A DNA stretch of 29,416 nt from a virus (taxonomy: Duplodnaviria; Caudoviricetes). Positions 7,042-17,249 of the stretch are shown in pieces. Every line of letters starts with the position of its first letter. The first letter of the stretch is position 1. The translations under genes were made by a program, and so were the position numbers. The notes beneath the pieces were generated by a model. The model was given only the letters and a program-made list of their open reading frames with translations, did not search any database and was not told the DNA's origin. The stretch spans positions 1 to 29,416 of the IMG/VR virus record IMGVR_UViG_3300032259_000014; one strand, 5' to 3'.

Positions 7042-10000
7042 TGGCAGTCACTATTGACGGCGCAGACGCACAGAAGACGGTAGATGATGCAAGGGTCCTT
7101 GAGGAACGCAAGCGGCGTGTAGTTAGACTCGATCCAAGGATCGGGCCCGAGGACGTGCTGTCGTATGACGAGGCGATGTCCCTCCATATCTGGAACCTCA
7201 CCACGGCACAGCCTCGGGACATCCCCCAGCAGCTCAACAACAAGTTCTCCCCCACCATCGAGTTTGATACAGCAGCGGAGATCGGCCAGGTGTTGGGAAC
7301 CAGCGTCGAGCAGTCCATTCGTGACGCCCGCGCTCGCGTCAACTTAGGCACCTACGAGGGACTCAAATCCCCCGCGCAGAAGAGGCACGAGGACGAGTTC
7401 CTCCTAGCATATGAGGCTGCTTGGCACAACACCCGTGGCCGTGTCGATCCGATGTTCTACATTATGAACTCAGAGGACCTCCACCTGCTTGGCTGGGATG
7501 CCGAGGCTACAACCCGTTTGGCCAGTACCGAGCGCCTTTGGATCGCCATAGACAAGGCTAAGGCTGCTCGTGACTTCGCCCAGTCGGCGCGGATCGATGT
7601 GGTCATGGCCAACTACAACGTGGGCCGGGAGAAGGCCGCGGAGCTGCTGGTCAAGTACGACGCTGCCCTGCAGCAAGGTGACCAGGCTGTGGCTGCCATG
7701 ACCGACGTAGAGATTCTCAAGTATGCGGGCTATAAGACAGCCTCCGAGATGGGTGTAGGGTTTGCTGCGGACGACGCTGCCGAGGAGGAGCGTCGGGCAC
7801 AGTACCTCGCCCGCGGTAAGGGCCAGATATGGAACGAGGCTGTGGCCACCTTCGCCAAGGACACCTTACCACAAGGATACCAAGGTCGCGACTTCCACAA
7901 CATTATGATGGGCAAGGACTACACCCCGGCGGGCCTCGCCAAGATGGGTGTCGAAAGCGCCTTCGGTGTTGTCGGAGCGGGCATCACCGGCATGGTTAAT
8001 GTGTCCGGCTGGCTGCTAGAGGCAGGCGGTGTGACACTGGATGGGGCCGCGTTTCAGCGGGGTTTTGAGATGCTATTTGGTGGCTCCGATACTGTAGAAG
8101 CCATGCGCGCCAGGGAAGACTGGCTGGTGGCTGAGTCCGGACGGGCGCACGAAGACATCGTGGCCCAGTTCGCCGCCGAGGGGTTGCTCAATGGGTGGGA
8201 GCTGATGAAGAAGGACGCCCCAGATGAGGCAGCTCTGTACATCAATATGGCTGGTGGGAAAGAGAACGTGGCGCGCGCTATGTGGTCTCAGGACGCCCAG
8301 TACTTTGGTATCACCATGGAGGATGGTAAAGAAACCAACATCCGAGAGATGGCAGAGGCCCAAGCCAAGATGTACGAGGATGAGACGCGCTACAACCTGG
8401 ACCAGCTAGAGGATGAGAACTTCGGCGTGTCCGATGCTCTTCTCAACCTCCTCGCCATCTGGGGGGAAGGCGTGGAGAACCTCGCTACCGTGGCCACCCT
8501 TGGCGCTAAGCAGCTGTGGGACGACGGCGCTGACCTTCTTTTCACCGGTAGCGTCAATCGCCCGAAGAATAGCTGGTCCCTCAAGCAGCTCTACAATGAT
8601 GTCCAGAAGGCGGATACGCCTGCTGGCGCTCTGGGTATCGAGGGGACCCTCACGGGGCTGGCCTTTAACCTAGGCAGCATGGCCCTGATGGACCCCATGA
8701 CGTGGATTTTCGGCCCCCGCCTGGCGAAGGCCGGGCGAGCCGGGGTCTTATCAGCTGAGCAGGCTGCTGCTGTCATCGAGTCACGGGTGCAGGATATCAG
8801 TCGCCAGCAGATGATCGATGTGGCCCGCAGCTCTACCCGTGGAGCGACGGCCTTCTCAACGCTGCTTCATACGTATGGCGAGACCGGCCTGGCCTCGCGG
8901 ATGATGGGTGCTATGCGCGGGTTCAAGAATCCCCTGACCACCTTCTGGAAGGGGATGGAGAAGTGGGGCAAGGCGGCAGATGATATTTATGTCCCCACCC
9001 TACGAGGCATGATGCCCAAGGGGGCCTCATACACCAATGATGTCCTAGAGGCAGCGTACAAGCGGATGCAGGCAGGCGAGCACGCCCCTGTGGTCGTTGA
9101 GTACAACCCCGCTACAGGGGCACGGCAGGTTGTGGAGGGCGGCGAGTATGTCGCTGCCGCTGAGAGGTATGGGGTCGACTCCCTCCAGACGACCATGCGG
9201 CGGAACGAAGCGTTCGGGACGTTCTACCCACCGGCAACCTTCAAGGAAATGCGGGATGCAGTCAAAGAGTACATAGGCATGACTCCCGAAGGGACCATGA
9301 CTCCCAACCAGCTGGCGGATTACTTGGAGCTTGATTACCGCTCGCCCAACGCCTCGGCCTCTCAGCGCACCAACCTAGACCGCATGAAGGACGCGATGGG
9401 GGATACACCGGAGTCGGCGCTCGAATTCCTCGATGAGGTTGAGTCGATTCCAATCGCTGGGGACGTGCTTTACGACAAGGTTGAACTCACCTTCTTCGGG
9501 CCCGAGCGTACCGTCATGGTTACAGATGGTAACACGCGTGTTGCGGCCATGATCGAGAAGGGGTTTGGTGACACCCCGATCAATGTTGACTTTGTGCCTT
9601 CTACCAGGGGTATGGATGGCCTGACCAAGCTTGTGGAAAAGCGTCCGGCTGCACCCCCGCGCCACGTGATCCCGGAGGAGATTGGTCGTTTGCCAGACCC
9701 CGACGTTGGAACTGGGGAATGGGTTAACAGGGCGGGGGATGGCCGGATCGTTACCATTGACGGCGTAGACTACGTGTCCCCTCGCAACATCATGCCTGAC
9801 GAGATTCGCTGGGGCGATACCATCGACATTGAAGCGATCAAGAAGATTGAGTTCGAGCACCTCATGCGCGGCGGCGATCCGATGAACGCCAATCGCACCG
9901 CCATGAGTGTGGCAATGGGTTGGGCTTTTAGGGACACCCTCGCCGCGTCCGGCGTTGGGAGGCGCCTTGAGTCGTTCTTCACCGCAGTTAACAACAACCT

Positions 10001-13000
10001 TCTCCTGTCCCACACCGGCCCGACCGGCATGTCGAACACTGCGAACGTGCTGTCGCGTATCTTTGGTTCTGTGGATGACATGGAGGGCTTGGAGCTGGCC
10101 AACCGCCGGATCATGAACTGGTGGAACGAGCACGGCCAGCTGACCCGGCAGTCCGATGAGCTGACGGCCCGGTTTGCTGCCATCCAGGCACAGATGGACG
10201 GAATAGAGCAGGCCATGGGAGGCAGCCGCTACGCATCCCAGATGGACCTCATGGACCCGACCACCCAGTACTACGAGCTGGCAAACCCCAACGAGGCACA
10301 GCTCAACCTCTTCCAGTCCATCGACCGCCTCAAGCCAGAGCAGGGCCCTGTGCCCCCCGGCACCGAGACGGTCAAGCAGGTGGGTAGGGAGGCTGACCCC
10401 TCCGTCACCAGTATGGAGCTGCAGAAACCGGCGAACTACGAGCCGGGAACGGAGCCGGTCCTCCCTCAGGAGAACCTGTTCCAGGCAGAGCAGCCAGTCC
10501 CCGGTAGTTCGCAGCATATAGATACTCCTTACCACAACCCAGAGGACGTCATTACTTCCCAGCTGGTGGATGACGGTTCGGGCACAGGCTACCAGAAGCG
10601 AATCGTGCTTGACAAGCCTGACCCAGCCACCTTTGGGAAGTCGGACTACAAGGCCGTGGACTACCCGGCTCTGCCCGACATTACCCGAGAGATCAATCAG
10701 TCACTCGCCTCAGCTGCTGAGCGCAACCGCCCCGTAGAGAGCGCCCTTCGCACTGAGATTCGTGCCCTGGATAAGCAGCGCACAGAGATTCGCCGCCAGC
10801 AGCAGGCTGTGGCCGCGGCCCTCAAGAACTTCGACGGCCTGAATGCAATCTTAGACGATGTCTTCGATGAGTTCATACAGAAGCACATTGCTAGCAACCC
10901 CGCCTTCAAGGAGCTTCTGGATGAGGAGGGACGGATCGATCCGGCCAAGGTGTCCACTCGCTCCAGCACCCCCCTGGGGATGGCTGAACGTTCTCTAACG
11001 AGAGCGCGCGCCGATGGCATCAGGCTCGGGCAGGCCACCATGAAGGAGCTGGGGTACATCCCAGAGTTCATGAAGTCCATCATTGACGTGGTGGATGAGG
11101 GGCAGTTCGACCTGCTGATGCAGTTCCTCGAAGAGGTCAACCACGGCGGCAAGAGTTCCGGCGGCTACGCCATGTCCATGTCCCCACTGGAGCTGATGGC
11201 TGCGGCCAACGGCACACCGCAGGTTATGAGACAGCTGGGTCGGGCCCAGATCAATACGCAGCTCAGGCAGTTCGCTCACCTCGCCCAGAACTACTGGATG
11301 ATTGACAAGGTGCTGACCCCGCGTACCGCGGTCGTTGTCACCCTTGATGAGCTGATGCGTGCGTGGCACACCGGCGGTATCTACAGCACGTTCCAGTACT
11401 TCGAAGACAAGATCATGAACGCTACCCGCCTGGTAAATCGCCAGATGCAGCTGCCCGGCTTTCAGAAGCTGGAGTTGCGCTGGCAGCAGCGTATCCAGGC
11501 GCTCCAAGAGTACCCAGATTTCTTCAAGCAGATGCAGGGTTCTATCTTGGATAACAAGGGGTACGGCTTCGATACCATCCCCTTCCGCAAGAACCACCCC
11601 AACTATGAGTACTACGCTGCTGCGCAGGAGACCGCTCAGCAGCGCATCTCTTCCCCCGGTTGGCAGAACTACTTCAAGGGCCGCGAGAGCTTCAGGGAGT
11701 GGTTTGAGACTTCGACCGAGGCTGAGCTGCTTCGCTCCAGCGACTACTGGGACGCCTCCTCCAACCTGAGGAAGGCGGGGCTCAAGTGGGAAGAGGTGTA
11801 CCAGGGCTACGAGACTCTCTACGAACTCTCCACTAAGAACATAAAGGCCGGGAAGGAGGGAGCTGCTAAAGAGGCGTGGGCCACAGCAGCTGAGAACGCC
11901 GCCACATCCGAGAAGGCTGTGACCCTCCCTAACTGGGTCCTTGAGGGCTTTGGGGAAGTGCATGGCGCTGCCAAGATTCCGAGCGCCACCATACCCCGAC
12001 CTGTGGAGTGGGTGTCCGATGCTCTCTTCCAGCGCCCCATGAACTACCGGCAGGGCTTCTTGGCCGAGCTGGTTCGCAAGTCTGAGATGGCTCGCCTGGA
12101 GACACTCTTCAGCTCGCAGGGTGCCAAGATCGTCACTGATGAGGAGATTCTCTCCCTGCTCCGCAACAAGTATCCGGGGCTGCATGAGCGCTTCCTTCGG
12201 GAGGGCATTGATGGCATTGCCATGGAGCTTATGGACACCGAGCATATCATCTCCCAGCGTGCTGTGCGCCGGATGGTGGAGTCGAAGGTTGTGGCAGAGA
12301 TGGAGAACCAGCTCTATGGCTTCCACATGCAGAGCGCCGCTGGCCGCAAGGCCCGTGCCGTCGTGCCGTTCGGCAAGCCGTGGGCTGATATGTGGGGCTT
12401 CTGGGGCCGAGAAATGCTGGGACGCCCCCAGCTCCGTGGTCTGCTCAACAGTGAGAACTATGGGAAGCTGTCTCAAATCGCAAATGCGGCAGTAGACACG
12501 TCACCTGTCAACCCGAAGACAGCTGCCTTTATGAGCCGCCTCGCTGCGACTGACTTCACCATGGACAACATCGGTGACGACCCCCTCTTTGGGGGTGCGG
12601 CCCGATCCTTAGGTATTGACCGGATGGATGTGGGCAACGCCCTCTTCCTCCCGACTGGTGGCGAGTCTCCGTGGCTCGTACTCCTGCCGGGGCTCGGGGC
12701 TATCCCTGGAGCCCTGGTCGAATCTGCTCTGTTGAAGATTGCGCCGGACCCCCTTGAGGACCCCACAGGCTACCAGATGTTCACCGACCAGTGGAGTAAG
12801 GTCTTCCCCGGCATCGGCTACAATCGTCAGACGAGCCTCACCGGTCTGGCCAAGGAGGCTACCATCGGTGGCGGTGTGATCGGTCGTGGCCTTGCTATGA
12901 TGGACAACCTTGGAATGATTACCGGCTCCGACGTCAACCTCAGCGCCAATAGCATCACCGCTGACTGGAAGATGGGCATGGCCTACGACCGTGAGGTCAA

Positions 13001-14795
13001 GCTGGCATTCACCGACTCCCAAATCTGGGCCGAGCTGGCAGGCCTACCTCCCGACCAGGCAACGATTGCGCTAGAGGCTTACATCAACGACGTACTCCGG
13101 GGTGTTCAAAAGGACGCCGCTAGGTCTGTCGGCTGGGACCTGGCCAAGGAAGGCATGATGGAGCTGATGGCTCCTGCCCGCATCAACACCCTCACCCAAC
13201 GGGATGACCTGCGGGATGTGTGGCTCGATGGGCTGAATTTCTTTGATGTCACCCCCGAGTTCAAGAACCGTCTCAACCTCGATACTGAGAAGGGCCGGGA
13301 CGAAGCTGCTGATGCCATCAGTTCTTGGTTCTTCAGTCTCTCTCCTGACGAGAAGGACAATTATATCGCTGCTCACCCCGAGCTGGCGGTCAACACCATC
13401 AGCATGTGGACGTGGTCAGACCACGCTATCTCCAACCAGATTCAGGGTTCCGGAATCCCCTACCGCTCTGGTGGGTCTACGGAGGAACGAAACCGTCACG
13501 AGACTCTGATCGAGGAGGGCTACCTGCGGGTGCTAACTCCACGAGAATTAGCAGTTAGGATCATTGGCACGGTCTACACTGCCAAGTCGGGTACCGCCCG
13601 CAGGGTGTATGAGCACGCGGCCAAGGCCGTCAACGATCAGCGCTGGGCCGAGCTACCGCCGGACTACCTCACTTGGTTTGAGAGCCTCCGCTCCCAGCTC
13701 AAGGACGTGGCTGAGGTTCCGTGGGACGACCCCCGCACGCTCTGGGAAAATTTCGACAAGGTACGGGACATCGTCTGGGAAGTCAACGGTCGGCCCATGA
13801 AAGACGTCAAGAAGGATGGCAAGGTAGTTGGTGAAGAACCCGACAAGATCAGCCTGCCGCAGAAGAGGGCTCCGTGGGGCGAGACGCTGCCTAGCGATTT
13901 CTCAAGCCTACGAGACGACTACGAGAACGGCTACCCTGTCCCCACGGTAACACCAGAGCTGGCCAAAGCTGCTGCCGCAGCGGGGATTGATGTCACGGCT
14001 GGGATGGAGATGTCCGGCATCTACCAGGCTGTGGCCAATGTGCGGTCGGCGCTCCTGACCGACAACCCCGTCTTCAGCATCGTTGGTCCCGAGTACTTAG
14101 CGTACCTGTCCCCGCGCTCCGCTGGACACGAGGATGTGATTGCCAAGCTCAACACAGCGCTCGACGCTGAGGGTGTGGATGAGGATACCCGGCATGAATA
14201 CCGCAAAATCTTCATCTATTTGGAGGATGCCATCGAGCGCCGCCACGCAGGTGACCAGAGTTGGCTGCAGGTACGTGATCAGGCGGCAACGCTCTACAAG
14301 GGACTCAAGTACGACGACATTATGGGCAAGTTACCACTGGACTTCTATTGGAACCAGGCTTACGGCAGCCAGCTCGGCTCCCTCGACTGGACCCCAGACG
14401 AGCCCGCGCCCCTGTTCCGTGACGATGGTACTTTCAACCCCGAGGCTCAGCGCATTCTGGTGCGGAAGGTCTATGATGGTGACACCATCCAGTTCTCAAC
14501 CGGCCCGAACGATCGCCTCTTCGGAGAACTCGGCGGTCCAAAGATTCCGCCGAAAGTCTACTCCGTCCGTATGCTTGGCGTCAATGCCAGGGAGATGGGT
14601 CAGGAGGGAGGCGATGAGGACCGGCTTCGTCTGTCTGACAAGATTGAGGAAGCCATCGACAATGGTGTGCCGATCTACCTCGTCAAGGACCCGAAGCGGT
14701 ATGGCTACACGGACTTCTATGGCCGGTTGTTCGGATGGGTGTACATTGGAGATGAGGCCTTCTCCTTCCCTGAGACTCAATACCCGACGAGGTAA
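7041..14795 (+). CDS. Giant (2584 aa) polyvalent / internal-virion ejection-type protein with two ParB-like motifs and a C-terminal SNase-like nuclease domain
   Basis: One continuous ORF with phage-like codon usage. ParB/Srx-like segments are PVVV...VVEGGEYVAAAERYG (about 9081-9190) and VMVTDGNTRVAAMIEKG (DGNTR at 9525-9539). Thermonuclease motifs VRKVYDGDT, VRMLGVNARE and DFYGRLFGWVY lie at about 14460-14760. Confidence 0.75.
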   Translation: MAVTIDGADAQKTVDDARVLEERKRRVVRLDPRIGPEDVLSYDEAMSLHIWNLTTAQPRDIPQQLNNKFSPTIEFDTAAEIGQVLGTSVEQSIRDARARVNLGTYEGLKSPAQKRHEDEFLLAYEAAWHNTRGRVDPMFYIMNSEDLHLLGWDAEATTRLASTERLWIAIDKAKAARDFAQSARIDVVMANYNVGREKAAELLVKYDAALQQGDQAVAAMTDVEILKYAGYKTASEMGVGFAADDAAEEERRAQYLARGKGQIWNEAVATFAKDTLPQGYQGRDFHNIMMGKDYTPAGLAKMGVESAFGVVGAGITGMVNVSGWLLEAGGVTLDGAAFQRGFEMLFGGSDTVEAMRAREDWLVAESGRAHEDIVAQFAAEGLLNGWELMKKDAPDEAALYINMAGGKENVARAMWSQDAQYFGITMEDGKETNIREMAEAQAKMYEDETRYNLDQLEDENFGVSDALLNLLAIWGEGVENLATVATLGAKQLWDDGADLLFTGSVNRPKNSWSLKQLYNDVQKADTPAGALGIEGTLTGLAFNLGSMALMDPMTWIFGPRLAKAGRAGVLSAEQAAAVIESRVQDISRQQMIDVARSSTRGATAFSTLLHTYGETGLASRMMGAMRGFKNPLTTFWKGMEKWGKAADDIYVPTLRGMMPKGASYTNDVLEAAYKRMQAGEHAPVVVEYNPATGARQVVEGGEYVAAAERYGVDSLQTTMRRNEAFGTFYPPATFKEMRDAVKEYIGMTPEGTMTPNQLADYLELDYRSPNASASQRTNLDRMKDAMGDTPESALEFLDEVESIPIAGDVLYDKVELTFFGPERTVMVTDGNTRVAAMIEKGFGDTPINVDFVPSTRGMDGLTKLVEKRPAAPPRHVIPEEIGRLPDPDVGTGEWVNRAGDGRIVTIDGVDYVSPRNIMPDEIRWGDTIDIEAIKKIEFEHLMRGGDPMNANRTAMSVAMGWAFRDTLAASGVGRRLESFFTAVNNNLLLSHTGPTGMSNTANVLSRIFGSVDDMEGLELANRRIMNWWNEHGQLTRQSDELTARFAAIQAQMDGIEQAMGGSRYASQMDLMDPTTQYYELANPNEAQLNLFQSIDRLKPEQGPVPPGTETVKQVGREADPSVTSMELQKPANYEPGTEPVLPQENLFQAEQPVPGSSQHIDTPYHNPEDVITSQLVDDGSGTGYQKRIVLDKPDPATFGKSDYKAVDYPALPDITREINQSLASAAERNRPVESALRTEIRALDKQRTEIRRQQQAVAAALKNFDGLNAILDDVFDEFIQKHIASNPAFKELLDEEGRIDPAKVSTRSSTPLGMAERSLTRARADGIRLGQATMKELGYIPEFMKSIIDVVDEGQFDLLMQFLEEVNHGGKSSGGYAMSMSPLELMAAANGTPQVMRQLGRAQINTQLRQFAHLAQNYWMIDKVLTPRTAVVVTLDELMRAWHTGGIYSTFQYFEDKIMNATRLVNRQMQLPGFQKLELRWQQRIQALQEYPDFFKQMQGSILDNKGYGFDTIPFRKNHPNYEYYAAAQETAQQRISSPGWQNYFKGRESFREWFETSTEAELLRSSDYWDASSNLRKAGLKWEEVYQGYETLYELSTKNIKAGKEGAAKEAWATAAENAATSEKAVTLPNWVLEGFGEVHGAAKIPSATIPRPVEWVSDALFQRPMNYRQGFLAELVRKSEMARLETLFSSQGAKIVTDEEILSLLRNKYPGLHERFLREGIDGIAMELMDTEHIISQRAVRRMVESKVVAEMENQLYGFHMQSAAGRKARAVVPFGKPWADMWGFWGREMLGRPQLRGLLNSENYGKLSQIANAAVDTSPVNPKTAAFMSRLAATDFTMDNIGDDPLFGGAARSLGIDRMDVGNALFLPTGGESPWLVLLPGLGAIPGALVESALLKIAPDPLEDPTGYQMFTDQWSKVFPGIGYNRQTSLTGLAKEATIGGGVIGRGLAMMDNLGMITGSDVNLSANSITADWKMGMAYDREVKLAFTDSQIWAELAGLPPDQATIALEAYINDVLRGVQKDAARSVGWDLAKEGMMELMAPARINTLTQRDDLRDVWLDGLNFFDVTPEFKNRLNLDTEKGRDEAADAISSWFFSLSPDEKDNYIAAHPELAVNTISMWTWSDHAISNQIQGSGIPYRSGGSTEERNRHETLIEEGYLRVLTPRELAVRIIGTVYTAKSGTARRVYEHAAKAVNDQRWAELPPDYLTWFESLRSQLKDVAEVPWDDPRTLWENFDKVRDIVWEVNGRPMKDVKKDGKVVGEEPDKISLPQKRAPWGETLPSDFSSLRDDYENGYPVPTVTPELAKAAAAAGIDVTAGMEMSGIYQAVANVRSALLTDNPVFSIVGPEYLAYLSPRSAGHEDVIAKLNTALDAEGVDEDTRHEYRKIFIYLEDAIERRHAGDQSWLQVRDQAATLYKGLKYDDIMGKLPLDFYWNQAYGSQLGSLDWTPDEPAPLFRDDGTFNPEAQRILVRKVYDGDTIQFSTGPNDRLFGELGGPKIPPKVYSVRMLGVNAREMGQEGGDEDRLRLSDKIEEAIDNGVPIYLVKDPKRYGYTDFYGRLFGWVYIGDEAFSFPETQYPTR

Positions 14796-14798
14796 TCA

Positions 14799-15728
14799 AT
14801 GCAGATCATCAACACAGGTGGCCAACCCAGCGAATCTCAGGCGACGCCTGTCACACAGGCGGAAGCGCCTAAAAAGGAGCCCTGGCAAACGGACATGACG
14901 AACCAGCTCGTCAAGGACGCTAAGGCCTGGGCCGAAGACCGCGGTATACCGGCATGGGAGATAGGCCGCTGGGTCCGCGACCAGATGGATACCTACTACG
15001 CCTGGGTTATGCCCTATGTGCTGACAGATGAAGCCTTTCGCACCCAGAGAGACGCGATCCCAGAGGGGATGTCAGCGGCTACGCCTAAGGGGACAACCGG
15101 GACATTCATAAATGGGCTGGCTAACCCCTATACGTGGCGGGGTATAGACGCAATCTACAATCTCCTTAAGAGCAAGATTGATATGTCCCTCCCTGGCTTT
15201 GCTGGGGGCCCCACTCCTTCCCCGAGCGGCGGCGGATATGGGGGAGGCTACCGCGCTCCAACCGCCGGAGAGATTCGGCAGCAATTTGACATGGACAAGC
15301 TGACAGAGGATGCCCAGAAGCTTGCCCGCGCCTATCTGGTGGAGGACCTCCCCGACCCGAGGGGAATCGCTAGCGCCTATGTCAACGCAATTGTGGCAAG
15401 CGGGGGGAAGCAGAACATTGACTATCAGACGTTCGTGATCGAGCGACTGAAGAAGACCGCTCGCTGGACACAAATACAGCGAGGCAACTCCGAGGGTATT
15501 GACCCGTTGGAGTATGTCTCACAATACGCCACGGCTGCTCTAGCGGCTTTAGGCGGTAACCGCGGCGAGGGTATCAGCGATGTTGTCGGTGAGGGAGCGG
15601 CTCTAGGGGCGGCGCCCGGCGCCTTTAACGATCGTCTCATGAGAGAGGACGCAGTCCGTAACCAGACGGGGTTCATCAATGGGCTGGAGCAGCGGCTCGG
15701 CGCAGTCAACAAGGTTCTGAGAGGTTAA
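14799..15728 (+). CDS. Hypothetical protein, probable internal virion / ejection protein
   Basis: Co-oriented, RBS GAGGT, mainly helical with a Gly-rich linker, inside the structural operon. Confidence 0.6.
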   Translation: MQIINTGGQPSESQATPVTQAEAPKKEPWQTDMTNQLVKDAKAWAEDRGIPAWEIGRWVRDQMDTYYAWVMPYVLTDEAFRTQRDAIPEGMSAATPKGTTGTFINGLANPYTWRGIDAIYNLLKSKIDMSLPGFAGGPTPSPSGGGYGGGYRAPTAGEIRQQFDMDKLTEDAQKLARAYLVEDLPDPRGIASAYVNAIVASGGKQNIDYQTFVIERLKKTARWTQIQRGNSEGIDPLEYVSQYATAALAALGGNRGEGISDVVGEGAALGAAPGAFNDRLMREDAVRNQTGFINGLEQRLGAVNKVLRG

Positions 15729-15729
15729 C

Positions 15730-17247
15730 ATGGCTATCAGTAGAGCACGAATCAATTCTATCTTCAGAACGTTCGGTATTGATCCGGCTGCCCATGCTGC
15801 CAAAAACGGCGAGACGCTAGACGTGATGTACGCCCGCATGGAGACCCAGCATGACCAGGACACTCTGACCCGTAGCCTGCTGCGGGCTTACCCAGAGCAG
15901 GGGACACAGTTCGTCACTGGCCTGTTTGACAACCGGGGCCTGGACATCGCTACCAGTACCGAGACAGAGGACGAGCGTGTGGCCCGCATCGTCGGGGAGA
16001 TTTCGGGTGGCCGCACATTTACTGATCTCCAGCGGTCCTTGGACCGGTTGGCCAATCCGCCGAAGCCTCCCTCGCAGACCGGGGGCACAGAGCCCAGTAC
16101 CATCCGTGTATTAGGTTCCTCCTCCTTGCAGTGGTCTTACGACAAGGACAAGAACCGCTGGTTCGCCAGCTACAAGCTGCCAAACTCAAACCGCCGCGTG
16201 TTCTTCGAGGCAACCTCCTCACAGATGGACGCAATCTTTGGTAGTGGGAAGCGCCCAACGAGCTATCAGAACTCCTCGTTTGAGACGCTGACCAAGAGTC
16301 AGACCTTCTCTGGTGATATCATGGAGATGTCGGGGGAGGGGACATTCGAGGCTGAGGTGCAGCGGGTGACCGCCCTCGCCCTGGATGAGGGCATCCTCCC
16401 AAAGTGGGCTCAAGACGACCCCGCAGTTATGGACATCATCTACGTTGCGGCCTCGGAGAACAAGTCCACCGAGTGGGTGATTGAGCAGATTTCCAAGCTC
16501 TCCTCGTTCAAGACCCGGTTCCCTGGGATCGAGACGTACAAGAGCATGGGCCTCAGCACCGAGGATGCTGTCACCGGATGGCTGGAGGTTGAGGGGGCCA
16601 TCAAGGAGAACATGGTGCGCCAGGGGATCAACCCCTCTTCCCTCAGCAACGAAGTGGTGGGCGACATCATCAAGCGGGGCCACTCTGTGACGGACATCCA
16701 GTTCGTGTACGATAGCTTCGAGCGCTTCAACTCCAACGCCAGCGCACTGGCGGCATTTAACGAGGTACTAGCTGAGCATGGCCTGGACCCGCTGAGCGCC
16801 GAGGATCAGATGGCCTTCCTGGAGGGTAATGCTCCAGCCGAGCTGTACCGTTTGTGGGAGGAGGCGAGTTTCAACCAGGCAGCCAATGACGCCGGTCTCA
16901 ACATCGGGGTCAAGGATGCCATCGAGTTGGCCTCAGCCACAGAAGGCTTCACTAACTACGATGAAGCCTACGCTGGTCTGAGTAAGGCAGCAGTCAGTCT
17001 GCTGCGCTTCCGCGGTGATCTCAATGCAGGTCGTTACGGATTGGACTCGGAAGACCTGATCGACCTGGCCATCGGTATTGCCCCGAGGTCTGGCCGATCC
17101 GCAGCAGAGATCGGTAACGGTATGGAGCGGGCGCTCAGCGCTGCTCGTGCCGGGATTGATGGTCCGCGCGCACAGCGCTTCCGTCAGTACGGAAAAGAAG
17201 GACAGCCGCAAGCTGTCTCTACTAGTCGTGCACGAGCACAGGAGTAA
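15730..17247 (+). CDS. Hypothetical protein, probable internal virion / ejection protein
   Basis: Co-oriented 505-aa ORF with RBS GAGGT and helical composition, between the giant protein and the scaffold. Confidence 0.6.
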   Translation: MAISRARINSIFRTFGIDPAAHAAKNGETLDVMYARMETQHDQDTLTRSLLRAYPEQGTQFVTGLFDNRGLDIATSTETEDERVARIVGEISGGRTFTDLQRSLDRLANPPKPPSQTGGTEPSTIRVLGSSSLQWSYDKDKNRWFASYKLPNSNRRVFFEATSSQMDAIFGSGKRPTSYQNSSFETLTKSQTFSGDIMEMSGEGTFEAEVQRVTALALDEGILPKWAQDDPAVMDIIYVAASENKSTEWVIEQISKLSSFKTRFPGIETYKSMGLSTEDAVTGWLEVEGAIKENMVRQGINPSSLSNEVVGDIIKRGHSVTDIQFVYDSFERFNSNASALAAFNEVLAEHGLDPLSAEDQMAFLEGNAPAELYRLWEEASFNQAANDAGLNIGVKDAIELASATEGFTNYDEAYAGLSKAAVSLLRFRGDLNAGRYGLDSEDLIDLAIGIAPRSGRSAAEIGNGMERALSAARAGIDGPRAQRFRQYGKEGQPQAVSTSRARAQE

Positions 17248-17249
17248 CA

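Noticed and set aside
9375-12476. Long antisense ORFs (386 aa and 493 aa) inside the giant gene
   Set aside because: Shadow frames expected from GC-rich codon bias. No RBS or recognisable motifs.
7041-14795. Giant ORF as an N4/crAss-like virion RNA polymerase (with hairpin promoters) or as a tape measure protein
   Set aside because: No DxDGD or T7-type polymerase motifs were found; the YDGDT belongs to the SNase pattern. No tape-measure repeats and no tail tube or chaperone genes.
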